This document shows, one piece after another, positions 54,338-64,000 of a stretch of 64,000 nucleotides of DNA; position 1 is the stretch's first letter; each line of letters begins with the position of its first letter. The position numbers were made by a program, and so were the translations under genes. Location of the stretch: positions 24,254 to 88,253 of the IMG/VR virus record IMGVR_UViG_2974596396_000001, one strand, 5' to 3'. The notes beneath the pieces are model-generated. The model saw only the letters and a program-made list of their open reading frames with translations. It had not been told where the DNA came from and made no database searches. This DNA comes from a virus (Duplodnaviria; Heunggongvirae; Uroviricota; Caudoviricetes; Ackermannviridae).

Positions 54338-54546
54338 AACTTGATGTCGCGTCCGGAAGGATCTGAATTTGCTAGAATATAACCATCAACCACGTTCTTT
54401 TCGTCCCACCATTCAATAAAATCATTTCCCTTTTCGCCTTTGATAAGACCCACAATGTTATATGAACCATCGGCGATTTTAGCATCTACACAGATAATTC
54501 TCACACGCCTTCCGTCACGAGTTTCTTTAATATCTTCAACCTTCAT
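54334..54546 (-). CDS. hypothetical protein
   Basis: 70 aa, GAGGA SD. Confidence 0.6.
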   Translation of the reverse strand: MKVEDIKETRDGRRVRIICVDAKIADGSYNIVGLIKGEKGNDFIEWWDEKNVVDGYILANSDPSGRDIKL

Positions 54547-54577
54547 TTATCAATTCCTCAAAAGAATTAATGATTGA

Positions 54578-55507
54578 CTAAATACCTTCAAAGGTATTTC
54601 TGATAAATTCGATAATTCTACTTTCATGTTTAAACCATTCAGTCGCACCGTCAAATCCCTTGTAACCCATACTAATTGACATCGCATGAGCCTTTCTTTC
54701 CATTTCTAACACGAATTGCCCATCATTTGACTTAAAAACTTCCAGGACATTGAATTCAAATGGAGTTGATCTTCTTAAAGATTTAAATCTATTATTTGGT
54801 GAATTGGATATCCCGATTTTCATACAGCCTTCTTCGCTGGACAATATGTACAAATAACCGACTTTAAAAGGATTGTATCCAGAAGTCGCGCAGTAGGGGC
54901 ACCAACTTTTACTATTCACCAAATTACCGTATCTTGACTCCCAACGATGTCCTTCTGAACATTCCATGAGGCAAACTGTCACATTATCTTTATACTTTCC
55001 ACCAATAAATTCTATGAATTTACCACCGTTGGTTTCAGCATGATCGGTTATTCTCTTTTTAGCTTCTAGCTGAGTATTTCTCTTGTTACCATTACATGTT
55101 GGACACCAAGAATTCTTATTGGTCAGGTTAGCAAAGGAAGCTGTTTCCCAGATATGCCCTAACCCACATTTCATTATACACTTCGTATCGTTGTTTCTAT
55201 AATCACCAAGAAATCCTAAAAATTCACCACCTTTATTTTTCGCGGCAGTTTCTATTAATTCTTTAGCTCTTTCTGGTGTATTTCTCATTTTTGTGGATAT
55301 AATTTCTTTGTTACAAGTTGGGCACCAACGCCCGCTCATAGCATTAGAATATTCCGTTTCCCAAGTATGTCCAGCCCCACATACTATCAAACAACGAGTT
55401 CGATTACCCACAAATTCCCCATTCAAGAAATCATTGAAAACGCCACCCTTTCCTTGGCAATAGTTAATAATATTGTTAACAGCAACTTCTCTAAGTAATT
55501 TCGGCAT
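54578..55507 (-). mobile_element. free-standing homing endonuclease (three Zn-ribbon repeats + GIY-YIG/T5orf172-like C-terminus)
   Basis: C.xGH.WE...WCPxC x3; GYLYIL...MKIGIS...ER...GATEWF; antisense to the late operon. Confidence 0.75.
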
Positions 55508-55543
55508 AATGAATACTAAATACCTTTAAATGGAGGATTCCAG

Positions 55544-56185
55544 ATGGGCACTTCTAAATACTTTAATTATACTAACCACCAAGGGACTCAAAAATTAATT
55601 GATGACTTGGTGGTCGAGATGATACAATTGCGTGGGATTGACGTCAAGTATATCCCACGTTCTATTGTTGAAAAATACCCAATTTTAAACGAGGCCGAAC
55701 ACAAATTCGACCAAGCGTTTGACATCGAAGTGTACATGCAGGATTATCAAGGCTTCAACACACAGATGTGGGAAAAGTTCGGCGGTATCCAATTACAAGA
55801 TGAAGTGACCTTCACTATTGCTCGTCGTCGTTTTTCAGAAGTTATTGGTAATGGTCCAGGCCTTGAACAAATGCCTCAAGAAGGTGATTTGATATATCTG
55901 CCTATGGCTAACAAAATATTTAAAGTGAATAACCCGAATAACGATGAAGAATTCATGCAATTTGGGAAATGGTACACATATTCCCTACCATGTACGTTGT
56001 TCCAATACGGTAACGAAGATTTCGATACAGGTGTATCTGAAATAGACGATATCGATAAACGTTTGCAGGATCTGGAAGGAGACGGTGTGTACAAAGACGC
56101 CAGCCTGCAAACGGATAACCAATTTGCGGACGAAATAGAGAAAGATCTTTCGCCCAATAAAATGAAGATAGACTTCGGGGAATAA
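55544..56185 (+). CDS. gp14: neck protein
   Basis: DVKYIPR, KFGGIQLQDE, PQEGDLIYLP; CTAAATA at 55516-55522. Confidence 0.92.
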   Translation: MGTSKYFNYTNHQGTQKLIDDLVVEMIQLRGIDVKYIPRSIVEKYPILNEAEHKFDQAFDIEVYMQDYQGFNTQMWEKFGGIQLQDEVTFTIARRRFSEVIGNGPGLEQMPQEGDLIYLPMANKIFKVNNPNNDEEFMQFGKWYTYSLPCTLFQYGNEDFDTGVSEIDDIDKRLQDLEGDGVYKDASLQTDNQFADEIEKDLSPNKMKIDFGE

Positions 56186-56187
56186 TC

Positions 56188-56886
56188 ATGGCCAGACCAT
56201 TTGAAAAATATTTCTATCATGAATCATTGTTGAAATACATACATGTGTTCAACGCTATCATGTCAGATTTAAAAGTCAAAACCGAACGTGGCTTGATGGA
56301 AATCCCGCTGCATATGGCCATTGGCCGCCGTAATGACCTCAACAGGAACGTGCCAGCCAATATGCTGCCATTTGCAACAATGTCCTTTGGTCAGTTCGAA
56401 ATCAATAAACAGGTGACGAAGTCATACCACAACCAAATATCGACCGCTACGGCACGGTCCAAACAACGCATTCCGATCATTATAGATTTTGAATACAATA
56501 TCAGAACTAAAAAATTGGTCGAAATGTTGCAAGTATTAGAACAAATTTATTCTGTGTTCACTCCTTCTGTTGACTGTCAGATAAAGGACAACGACACTTT
56601 ATCTCAAGATCAGAACGTGAAGATAATGTTGGTAAATCACACGATTTCTGACAACTGGGAAGGAGACGCAACAGAATCACCACACATAGATTGTTCATTC
56701 AATTTTCAATTACATGGTCACATCTATGGAGAAGATTATTGGGTTGATGATGGTTCGGGCGGTGGGGATCCAAACGTCATCAAAGAGATAATTATTGAAA
56801 TGTCTAATGATTTGAACATGCCATGGTCGGAACTTCCTGAGTGGTTCCGAGTTGATAAAGACGGCATACATCATCCGGAGGATTGA
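56188..56886 (+). CDS. gp15: tail sheath stabiliser/terminator
   Basis: YFYHESLLKYIHVF; position between gp14 and gp16. Confidence 0.85.
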   Translation: MARPFEKYFYHESLLKYIHVFNAIMSDLKVKTERGLMEIPLHMAIGRRNDLNRNVPANMLPFATMSFGQFEINKQVTKSYHNQISTATARSKQRIPIIIDFEYNIRTKKLVEMLQVLEQIYSVFTPSVDCQIKDNDTLSQDQNVKIMLVNHTISDNWEGDATESPHIDCSFNFQLHGHIYGEDYWVDDGSGGGDPNVIKEIIIEMSNDLNMPWSELPEWFRVDKDGIHHPED

Positions 56887-56888
56887 TC

Positions 56889-57557
56889 ATGAGCAATATG
56901 TCAGAAAGGTTACTCGCCACGCTTGATGCAGTGACCGCCCGAGACGAAGTTGGGAAGGAGGCGATGGAGGCTGTCGCCCCTCGTCCAGGTGAAAATACAG
57001 GTGAATGGTTTGGTGAACGTCCGGAATGGTATCAGCCGATTCCTGAACCGCCTTCATTGGAGGATATTGCTTCCAAGGAATCCAAAGTACCTGAGTTTGC
57101 GGACACCGATGCTACAACGGATTACAAACGGATACGCGACACAACATATGCCATGCAAGAAGCCACAATGTTCATGATGGGACAAGCCGCTAAATTGGCT
57201 GCATCCACAGAAGCTCCGCGAGCATTTTCTGTTTTCCGTGAATTGGGTGAACTCATGCGCGGCCTGAACAAAGACTTGATGGAAAACCAGAAAACCATCA
57301 AGGCAGTAACAGGTGATAAAGAACCACCTGTTGATGACACGACAGTGGATGTTACAACTTCACCAGACGGAACAACAACAGTATCGGTTGGGAAAAAGGC
57401 GCGATCTTCTCGCGATTTATTGAAGACGATCGAAGATGCACGCCGCCGCGCTGAAGAAAGAGCACAAGCAAAGGCCGCACAACAACCAGAAGATGAAATC
57501 ATTGATGGTGAAACAGTTGATGTGAAGGAAGAAGACGATGGCGTATCAGAAGCGTGA
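56889..57557 (+). CDS. gp16: terminase small subunit
   Basis: DYKRIRD...APRAFSVFRELG; precedes gp17. Confidence 0.85.
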   Translation: MSNMSERLLATLDAVTARDEVGKEAMEAVAPRPGENTGEWFGERPEWYQPIPEPPSLEDIASKESKVPEFADTDATTDYKRIRDTTYAMQEATMFMMGQAAKLAASTEAPRAFSVFRELGELMRGLNKDLMENQKTIKAVTGDKEPPVDDTTVDVTTSPDGTTTVSVGKKARSSRDLLKTIEDARRRAEERAQAKAAQQPEDEIIDGETVDVKEEDDGVSEA

Positions 57558-59748
57558 TATAGAATATGCCCCAATTAAAACGGGGTTCAAAATAGACGAT
57601 GTGAAATTGCGTATGGACCAAACGTTCATGCGCAAACCTTCTGTGCGTGCTCCTCGAGTCGAGTTAATGCTGACAGATGAACAAGAAGACGAATTCGTTG
57701 AATGTTCTATGGATGCACACTACTTCGCCGCCAACTATTACAAGATAACCACGATCGATAAGGGCTTTATCCTTTTCGATATGCATGATTATCAGAAGCA
57801 GTTGTTCCACGACTTTCAGGACTATCGATTTAATGCGGTCGTCCAGGCTCGTCAGTCCGGTAAATGCGTCCGTGGTGATACTCTTGTTTATGTCTATGAT
57901 ACAATCAGTCAACAAGAGTTGCATCTCACCATAGAAGAGCTTCACAAGCGCTTCGAAGGACCGAACCATGCTGTGCCACTGAATACCATTGGCAACCACA
58001 ATAAGTTTGTAGACAGCCGTTTCGGGAAACGATATTTTGTTGAGTCCGACACTGGCTGGGTCCCGGTTATTGCCGCTCATAAAACGAAAGAATACGCTGA
58101 ATACGTTGTCAGGACTGAAACCGGACGCACAATTCATGTCGCAGATGAGCACATGTTCTTCAATGAATATGGGCGCGAAGTATTTGCTAAAGACATGGAG
58201 GCCGGAGATGCCATAATGACCCAGGAGGGAATAGAATTCATCTCTGAGATCTGGGAGACTGGTGAGTACCACCACATGTATGACTTGCAAGTCAAGTCCA
58301 GCGATCAACGTTATTACACGAATGGGTTCCTCAGCCATAATACCACGGTCGTGGCTGCGTTTCTTCTTTGGTATGCGATGTTCCACTCAGACAAAGAAAT
58401 CGCGGTACTGGCAAACAAAGAGAAACAAGCGATAGAAATTCTTGACCGTATCAGAAAGGCATACCAAGACCTTCCATTCTTCCTTCAGCAGGGTTGTGAG
58501 AAGTTTGGTTCTACCCTGATAGAGTTTGAGAATGGTTCTAAGATATACGCTTATGCCACGTCTTCGGACTCCATCCGTGGTCGTTCTGTATCGCTCTTGT
58601 ACGTTGACGAAGTCGCGTTTATCGAAAACGACTTTGAATTTTGGGAATCAACTTTCCCAGCCATTGCATCTGCCGATACATCACGCTGTATTTTGACAAG
58701 TACTCCGAAAGGCCAGCGAGGGTTGTTCTATGATATTGTCACCAAAGCAGATCCACGCCATCCACAATACAACGACTTCCACCTAACTGAAGTCCCATGG
58801 TATAAGGTTCCGGCATATACCAAAGATCCAGATTGGGAAACCAAACAACGTGCCCGTCTGGGGGATGCTCGTTTCGATCAAGAATTTGGCATTAAGTTCC
58901 GTGGTTCCGTGGGTTCATTGATTCCGGCCAAATGCTTAGATAAAATGACGTCCAAGTTGTATCGGGAACCTAATGAATTCACCAAGATTTATAAGGAATA
59001 CGACCCACAACGTCTCTACTTTGGGATTGCGGACACTGGGAAGGGGGTGGAAGGAGATTATTCCGTCTTAACAATTCTGGATATAACTGAATATCCGCAT
59101 GTCATAGCAGCCAAGTACAGGAATAACACGATACCTCCTATGATGTATGCATACACGATAGCTGATATGTGCACCGAATACGGGGAATGTCCTGTCCTTG
59201 TTGAAACAAACAACGACGTCGGCGGTCAGGTTATTACAATTCTTTATCAAGAGATAGAATATCCAGAAATCATATTCACATCAACAGATAACAAAGGGAC
59301 GGGGAAACGGATTGGTGGACGTAAACCGGAACCTGGTATCAATACCAACAGAAAAGTCCGATCTATCGGTTGTGCTAACCTGAAAGCGCTCATTGAGAAA
59401 GAAATGTTGGTGATAGAAGACCAGGACACGATAGATGAACTCAGTACATTTGTGTTCAAAGGTGCTCGGTATGAAGCCGATGACGGTTGTCACGATGACT
59501 GTGTCATGCCGTTGGTCTTATATTCATGGGCGGTAAAACAAGAATGGTTCAGTGATTTGACATCTACAAGTATTTCTCAGGACATGAGAAACCGAATGTC
59601 TTCAACTGAATCTCAGCAGGTATTCCCATTTGGTGGTTTAGTCGTTGGAGACACCCCATCCGAAACTGAGCATTTGCCTGGTTTCGGGGGCATTCAAGTT
59701 TTCAACGAAATGTCAGGGATGACCATGGATGAGTGGTTTAAGAATTGA
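57538..59748 (+). CDS. gp17: terminase large subunit, intein-containing
   Basis: ARQSGK|TT Walker A, LLYVDEVAF Walker B, FGIADTGKG, HDDCVM. Confidence 0.95.
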   Translation: MAYQKRDIEYAPIKTGFKIDDVKLRMDQTFMRKPSVRAPRVELMLTDEQEDEFVECSMDAHYFAANYYKITTIDKGFILFDMHDYQKQLFHDFQDYRFNAVVQARQSGKCVRGDTLVYVYDTISQQELHLTIEELHKRFEGPNHAVPLNTIGNHNKFVDSRFGKRYFVESDTGWVPVIAAHKTKEYAEYVVRTETGRTIHVADEHMFFNEYGREVFAKDMEAGDAIMTQEGIEFISEIWETGEYHHMYDLQVKSSDQRYYTNGFLSHNTTVVAAFLLWYAMFHSDKEIAVLANKEKQAIEILDRIRKAYQDLPFFLQQGCEKFGSTLIEFENGSKIYAYATSSDSIRGRSVSLLYVDEVAFIENDFEFWESTFPAIASADTSRCILTSTPKGQRGLFYDIVTKADPRHPQYNDFHLTEVPWYKVPAYTKDPDWETKQRARLGDARFDQEFGIKFRGSVGSLIPAKCLDKMTSKLYREPNEFTKIYKEYDPQRLYFGIADTGKGVEGDYSVLTILDITEYPHVIAAKYRNNTIPPMMYAYTIADMCTEYGECPVLVETNNDVGGQVITILYQEIEYPEIIFTSTDNKGTGKRIGGRKPEPGINTNRKVRSIGCANLKALIEKEMLVIEDQDTIDELSTFVFKGARYEADDGCHDDCVMPLVLYSWAVKQEWFSDLTSTSISQDMRNRMSSTESQQVFPFGGLVVGDTPSETEHLPGFGGIQVFNEMSGMTMDEWFKN
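57865..58341 (+). mobile_element. mini-intein (159 aa, no endonuclease)
   Basis: CVRGDT...VADEHMF...MYDLQV...YYTNGFLSHN, +1 Thr, inserted in Walker A GK|T. Confidence 0.93.
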
Positions 59749-59800
59749 TCACTAAATATCTTTCAAATTGAGCGAAACTCTACCGAGAAGGAATGATATT

Positions 59801-61696
59801 ATGGCAACTCAAAGCTTCAGCGTTGCGCCGTCCGTTCAGTGGACTGAGCGTGATGCCACGCTTCAGACGTCTCCGTCCGTTGTTGTTCAGGGCGCGACCG
59901 TCGGCAAATTTCAATGGGGTGAAGTTGAACTTCCAGTGCTGGTGACTGGTGGTGAGACAGGTTTGGTGAAGAAATTCTTCAAACCCAACGACAGTACTGC
60001 GACCGATTTTCTCGTAATCGCGGACTTTTTGTCTTACAGCTCTATGGCATGGGTGACCCGTGTTGTTGGCCCTCTGGCCAAGAACTCTGTTACCAAAGGT
60101 CAGACAGCGATTGCGATCAAAAACAAACTGGATTTTGAAACAGCAAGTCCTTCGGCGTCCATCACTTGGACTGGTCGTTATCCAGGTTCCCTGGGTAATG
60201 ATATTGCTATCAATGTTTGTGATGCTGCTGGATTCTCAACTTGGGAATTCCGTAATAACTTTGCATACGCACCTCAGTCTGGTGAATTCCATGTAGTTGT
60301 CGTAGACAAAGTTGGTCGCATTACCGACTCTGCTGGCGCGGTCGGTCAGGTTGACCGTATCTCCGTTTCTGGTACGGCTACTGCTGCTGGCACCATCAGT
60401 GTGGCAGGTGAAGATATCGCATATCTGGATACTGATACCCCAGCCACTTTGGCAACCAAAATCGGTACAGCACTAACTTCCCTGACAAGTGTTTATTCTT
60501 CTGTTGTCGTGAAGTCCAACACTGTCATCGTGACCCATAAAGCTATTGGTCCCCAGACAGTTACTGCTATTGTTCCAGATGATAAGGGGCTGACTGCAAC
60601 CGCCGTGATTACCACTGTTGGCGCATCTGGTTCTATTATCGAAAAATACGAACTCATGCAGAACACACAGGGTTCCAAAAAGTCCGATGGCGCGAATGCG
60701 TACTTCAAAGACGTGATCAACGATACTTCAAATTGGGTGTATACCTTCGCGAGCGAACTGGTTGCAGGTGTCGTTGAATTAGAAGGCGGCGTAGACGATT
60801 ATAACATCAACCGCGTGGCAGCTATCCAAGTCTTGAACAATGCTGAAGCATATGATGCGAAGCCAGTATTTGCGTACTGTGAAGAACTGATTGAGCAACA
60901 AGCATTGATCGACTTATCTACTGAGCGAAAAGATACGGTATCTTTCGTATCCCCGCTCCGTGATACGGTTGTTGGCAACCGTGGTCGTGAAATGGATGAT
61001 GTCGTTGCTTGGCGTGAAAGCCTTGTTCGCGACTCTTCTTATTTCTTCATGGATGATAACTGGGCATATGTGTACGACAAGTACAACGACAAAATGCGTT
61101 GGATTCCGGCTTGTGGTGGCACCGCAGGTGTTTGGGCGCGAAGCATTGAAATCGCGGGTATCTACAAATCTCCGGCGTTCCACAACCGTGGTAAATACAA
61201 CAACTATAATCGAATGGCGTGGTCTGCGTCTTCTGATGAACGTGCTGTGTTGTACCGCAACCAGATCAACAGCATCGTAACCTTCTCCAATGAAGGCATC
61301 GTCCTGTATGGTGACAAAACTGGCCTGACCCGCCCGTCGGCGTTTGACCGTATCAACGTTCGTGGCCTGTTCATCATGGCTGAGCAGAACATCGCCGCAA
61401 TCGCCAAATACTATCTTGGTGAGAACAATGACGCGTTTACGCGTGGTCTGTTCAGCAATGCGGTGCGTCCTTATATTCGCCAACTGGCAAATATGGGTGC
61501 GATCTACGATGGTAAAGTCAAGTGTGACGAAGATAACAACACTGCTGATGTTATTGCAGCAAACCAATTAGTCATGGGCGTGTGGTTAAAGCCAGAGTAC
61601 AGCATAAACTGGGTGTACTTGGATTTCGCCGCCGTTCGTCCAGATATGGAGTTCTCCGAAATCGAATCTGGTGGTGGTATCGTGGCAGCATCATAA
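59801..61696 (+). CDS. gp18: tail sheath protein; start revised to MATQSFS
   Basis: APSVQWTERD, GKFQWG, AFDRINVRGLF; CTAAATA at 59752-59758. Confidence 0.95.
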   Translation: MATQSFSVAPSVQWTERDATLQTSPSVVVQGATVGKFQWGEVELPVLVTGGETGLVKKFFKPNDSTATDFLVIADFLSYSSMAWVTRVVGPLAKNSVTKGQTAIAIKNKLDFETASPSASITWTGRYPGSLGNDIAINVCDAAGFSTWEFRNNFAYAPQSGEFHVVVVDKVGRITDSAGAVGQVDRISVSGTATAAGTISVAGEDIAYLDTDTPATLATKIGTALTSLTSVYSSVVVKSNTVIVTHKAIGPQTVTAIVPDDKGLTATAVITTVGASGSIIEKYELMQNTQGSKKSDGANAYFKDVINDTSNWVYTFASELVAGVVELEGGVDDYNINRVAAIQVLNNAEAYDAKPVFAYCEELIEQQALIDLSTERKDTVSFVSPLRDTVVGNRGREMDDVVAWRESLVRDSSYFFMDDNWAYVYDKYNDKMRWIPACGGTAGVWARSIEIAGIYKSPAFHNRGKYNNYNRMAWSASSDERAVLYRNQINSIVTFSNEGIVLYGDKTGLTRPSAFDRINVRGLFIMAEQNIAAIAKYYLGENNDAFTRGLFSNAVRPYIRQLANMGAIYDGKVKCDEDNNTADVIAANQLVMGVWLKPEYSINWVYLDFAAVRPDMEFSEIESGGGIVAAS

Positions 61697-61699
61697 AAG

Positions 61700-61730
61700 T
61701 AAACCCCCGCTTCGGCGGGGGTTTTATTTC
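61700..61730. terminator. terminator
   Basis: AAACCCCCGC-TTCG-GCGGGGGTTTT. Confidence 0.85.
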
Positions 61731-62518
61731 CTCTCTATTTTCCAACCAGTGGTGTTGGTTCTCTTATCAGATGATTTTCTATACGGCTTCGGCACTGGGT
61801 TGTCTTTCCTCCCAGCCAACACCATGTTAAATGTTTCTATACACAATCCATTCTGTTCACAAAATCTTATGAGATTCTTTACTTCTTGTGAGCGCCCATC
61901 TGGTGTGGTCAAAATAAACAAACCACCCAAAGACTTGTTGATCTTTTCCTGAAACATAGGATTGGATCTGACTTTATCCATAGCGCGGCGAAGATTTTCT
62001 TTGTGTATCGGATCTTGATATGCGTTTTTCAAAGTTTCCGAATGAGATAATCTTTTTTCTTCAGACCAAGCGATAGCCTGTGATTCCACCATTTTCTTTC
62101 TGGTGTCTTCAGATAATTTCCTTCCCTTCATTATGTGTACAAATGACACATTCCAACCAGGATCTGAAACAAGCCTCATCCCGACAAATTCTTTGGTGTC
62201 GATATCGTAAGCCGCCGCCATCCCCGATATGTCTATTTGACCTCCCTTGAGAATATTCAAACCCCCTTTAGAAAAATGTGCCTCTAGGGAGTCAATATAA
62301 AAGATCTCTCGGTCGTTTAAATACTCTACGGGACATTCTTCTAGAATTTCATATGTGACCGACTCTTCGCCATATTTCCTTATGGCATTGTATAGATATG
62401 TCTTGTTGCCTCGGCGGGCTTCCGACAAATGTTCACTGAGTCTTTGTTGAAACGATTTTCTGGTCTGTCCCACGTATGGCTGACCGTTGACTCTCAGCAG
62501 ATAGATAATACCGTTCAT
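61724..62518 (-). mobile_element. GIY-YIG (Seg-like) homing endonuclease
   Basis: 264 aa; GIIY...YVGQT...RLSEH...LYNAIRKYG...NDREIFYI...GLN; NUMOD3-like repeats. Confidence 0.88.
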
Positions 62519-62596
62519 ATCGTCCTCCTGTTGATAGTTTAACGTGGTTTTGTTCTACAACTAAATACCGAATAAAGTTCAATAGGAGATATAAAA

Positions 62597-63130
62597 ATGG
62601 CGACAGTCAACGAATTTCGCGCAGCCATGTCACGAGGGGGCGGCGTACAACGCCAACACCGCTGGCGTGTGACTGTAAACTTTCCTTCTTTTGTTGCTGG
62701 TTCCGACACAATTCGTGACGTGTCCTTGCTGGCTGTAACCACCAACACGCCAACAGGTCAGCTGGGCGAAATTCTGGTTCCTTGGGGTGGACGTGAACTT
62801 CCGTTCCCAGGGGATCGTCGTTTCGAAGCGCTTCCTGTGACGTTCATTAACGTGGTGAACAACGCTCCATACAATGCTTTTGAAGTGTGGCAGCAATTCA
62901 TCAACGGTAGTGAAAACAACCGCGCCAGCGCGAATCCAGATGATTATTTCCGTGATATCATCATGGAACTTCTGGACGCGAATGACAACGTGACTAAGAC
63001 ATGGACTTTACAGGGCGGCTGGCCTCAAAACCTCGGCCAACTGGAACTCGATATGTCGGCAATGGACTCTTACACACAGTTCACTGTCGACTTGCGTTAT
63101 TTCCAAGCCGTTTCTGACAAGTCATTGTAA
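62597..63130 (+). CDS. gp19: tail tube protein
   Basis: VPWGGRELPFPGDRRF, WTLQGGWP; CTAAATA at 62561-62567. Confidence 0.93.
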   Translation: MATVNEFRAAMSRGGGVQRQHRWRVTVNFPSFVAGSDTIRDVSLLAVTTNTPTGQLGEILVPWGGRELPFPGDRRFEALPVTFINVVNNAPYNAFEVWQQFINGSENNRASANPDDYFRDIIMELLDANDNVTKTWTLQGGWPQNLGQLELDMSAMDSYTQFTVDLRYFQAVSDKSL

Positions 63131-63197
63131 TGTCCTCGGTGCTGGGGGAATGTTATTCCCCCTCACTAATTACAAGAAAATGTTGAGGACTTAGATC

Positions 63198-64000
63198 ATG
63201 GCTGGATACGGCAGAGGGTTCTTCGGTTTGTTTGGCGGCGGCGGTTTAGTCAATGCCAAAGTCGACACCGATAAGTTAGCCCAAAAACAAGATGAATTGT
63301 TGCTCACCAAGGCGACAGTTGTTGCTCTGGACGATGCTCAAGACGGTTCTATAATCCTTCAGGGTGGTGCGAACACCTACAACTATGTTGGCGTTGAAAG
63401 TGAACTTCTCAGCGTTAAAACAGTTGTGGAAGAATATCAGTCCATGGCTCAACAGCCTGAAATTCGCAAAGCGGTGGACATTATTGTCAATGATGTTGTC
63501 ACCTGTGAGGAAGATGAAACTCCAGTGACAGTAAACCTTGACAAAGTTGAAGGGATATCTGATACTGTTAAAGAATCTATCACCGAATGCTTCAAAGAAG
63601 TTATGCACTTGATGGACTTTGACAATACAGCATATCAGAAGATCCGGAAATGGTATGTTGACGGTCGACAAGCATATCATGTCATCGTTGATCCCACGAA
63701 TAAAAAAGGCGGGATCAAGAAATTGGTTATGCTTGATTCTCGTTGCATTCGTCCTGTCTATATCGTTGAGAAGGCGATGCGTGAAGGCGGTATTGAAGCA
63801 ATAGAATCTGTAACATTGAAGTATTATTACAACCCGAATTATAATCGAAACCAATTTACTGGCCAATCTGGTACTTCCCAGAACTTCCAGCCTTCACAGC
63901 AAGAACTCGTATTCGATGACGAAAGCATTGTTTACATCGATAGTGGTGAAGAGCCATTGGCCAATGGTATTGTCCCAGGCCTTTTAAATCCTGCTATCCG
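63198..64000 (+). CDS. gp20: portal vertex protein, 5' partial
   Basis: open to the edge; YQSMAQQPEIRKAVDIIVND, KWYVDGR; follows gp19. Confidence 0.92.
   Translation, partial: MAGYGRGFFGLFGGGGLVNAKVDTDKLAQKQDELLLTKATVVALDDAQDGSIILQGGANTYNYVGVESELLSVKTVVEEYQSMAQQPEIRKAVDIIVNDVVTCEEDETPVTVNLDKVEGISDTVKESITECFKEVMHLMDFDNTAYQKIRKWYVDGRQAYHVIVDPTNKKGGIKKLVMLDSRCIRPVYIVEKAMREGGIEAIESVTLKYYYNPNYNRNQFTGQSGTSQNFQPSQQELVFDDESIVYIDSGEEPLANGIVPGLLNPAI

Noticed and set aside
160-63866. Many 60-240 aa ORFs antisense or out of frame to long genes (e.g. 4916-5380, 57664-58386, 60914-61567, 63276-63866)
   Set aside because: Shadow ORFs of well-supported genes, with no SD or motif support

Overview
64-kb segment of a T4-related myophage genome. 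Gene content and order, four branched tailspike loci, a VriC-like protein, and the TTCAAT-N14-TAnnAT and CTAAATA promoter motifs point to Ackermannviridae (Kuttervirus/ViI-like). The left ~33.7 kb is mostly minus strand: topoisomerase II, rIIA/rIIB, thymidine-hypermodification enzymes, family B DNA polymerase and many hypotheticals. The right ~30 kb is a plus-strand late block: baseplate gp6/gp7, tail fibre, TSP4-3-2-1, VriC, neck gp13/14, gp15, gp16, gp17 with a 159-aa mini-intein, gp18, gp19 and a partial portal gp20, plus two antisense homing endonucleases. The most unusual part is the ~3.9-kb nearly ORF-free interval at 29150-33060. It holds only four canonical tRNAs (Tyr x2, Asn, Ile2/Met-CAU) but is packed with other structured RNAs: about nine tRNA-shaped mimics with missing, expanded or palindromic anticodon arms, a circularly permuted YrlA-like tRNA fold, several 13-22 bp perfect stems, and a ~210-nt separately promoted RNA carrying a tmRNA-style tag frame (ANDNTFLAVA*) without a recognisable tRNA-like domain. 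Second highlight: the TSP1 slot encodes a tailspike attachment module fused to an EEP-family phosphoesterase instead of a beta-helix. All RNA folds and protein family calls were made by eye, with no search or folding tool, and need computational confirmation.
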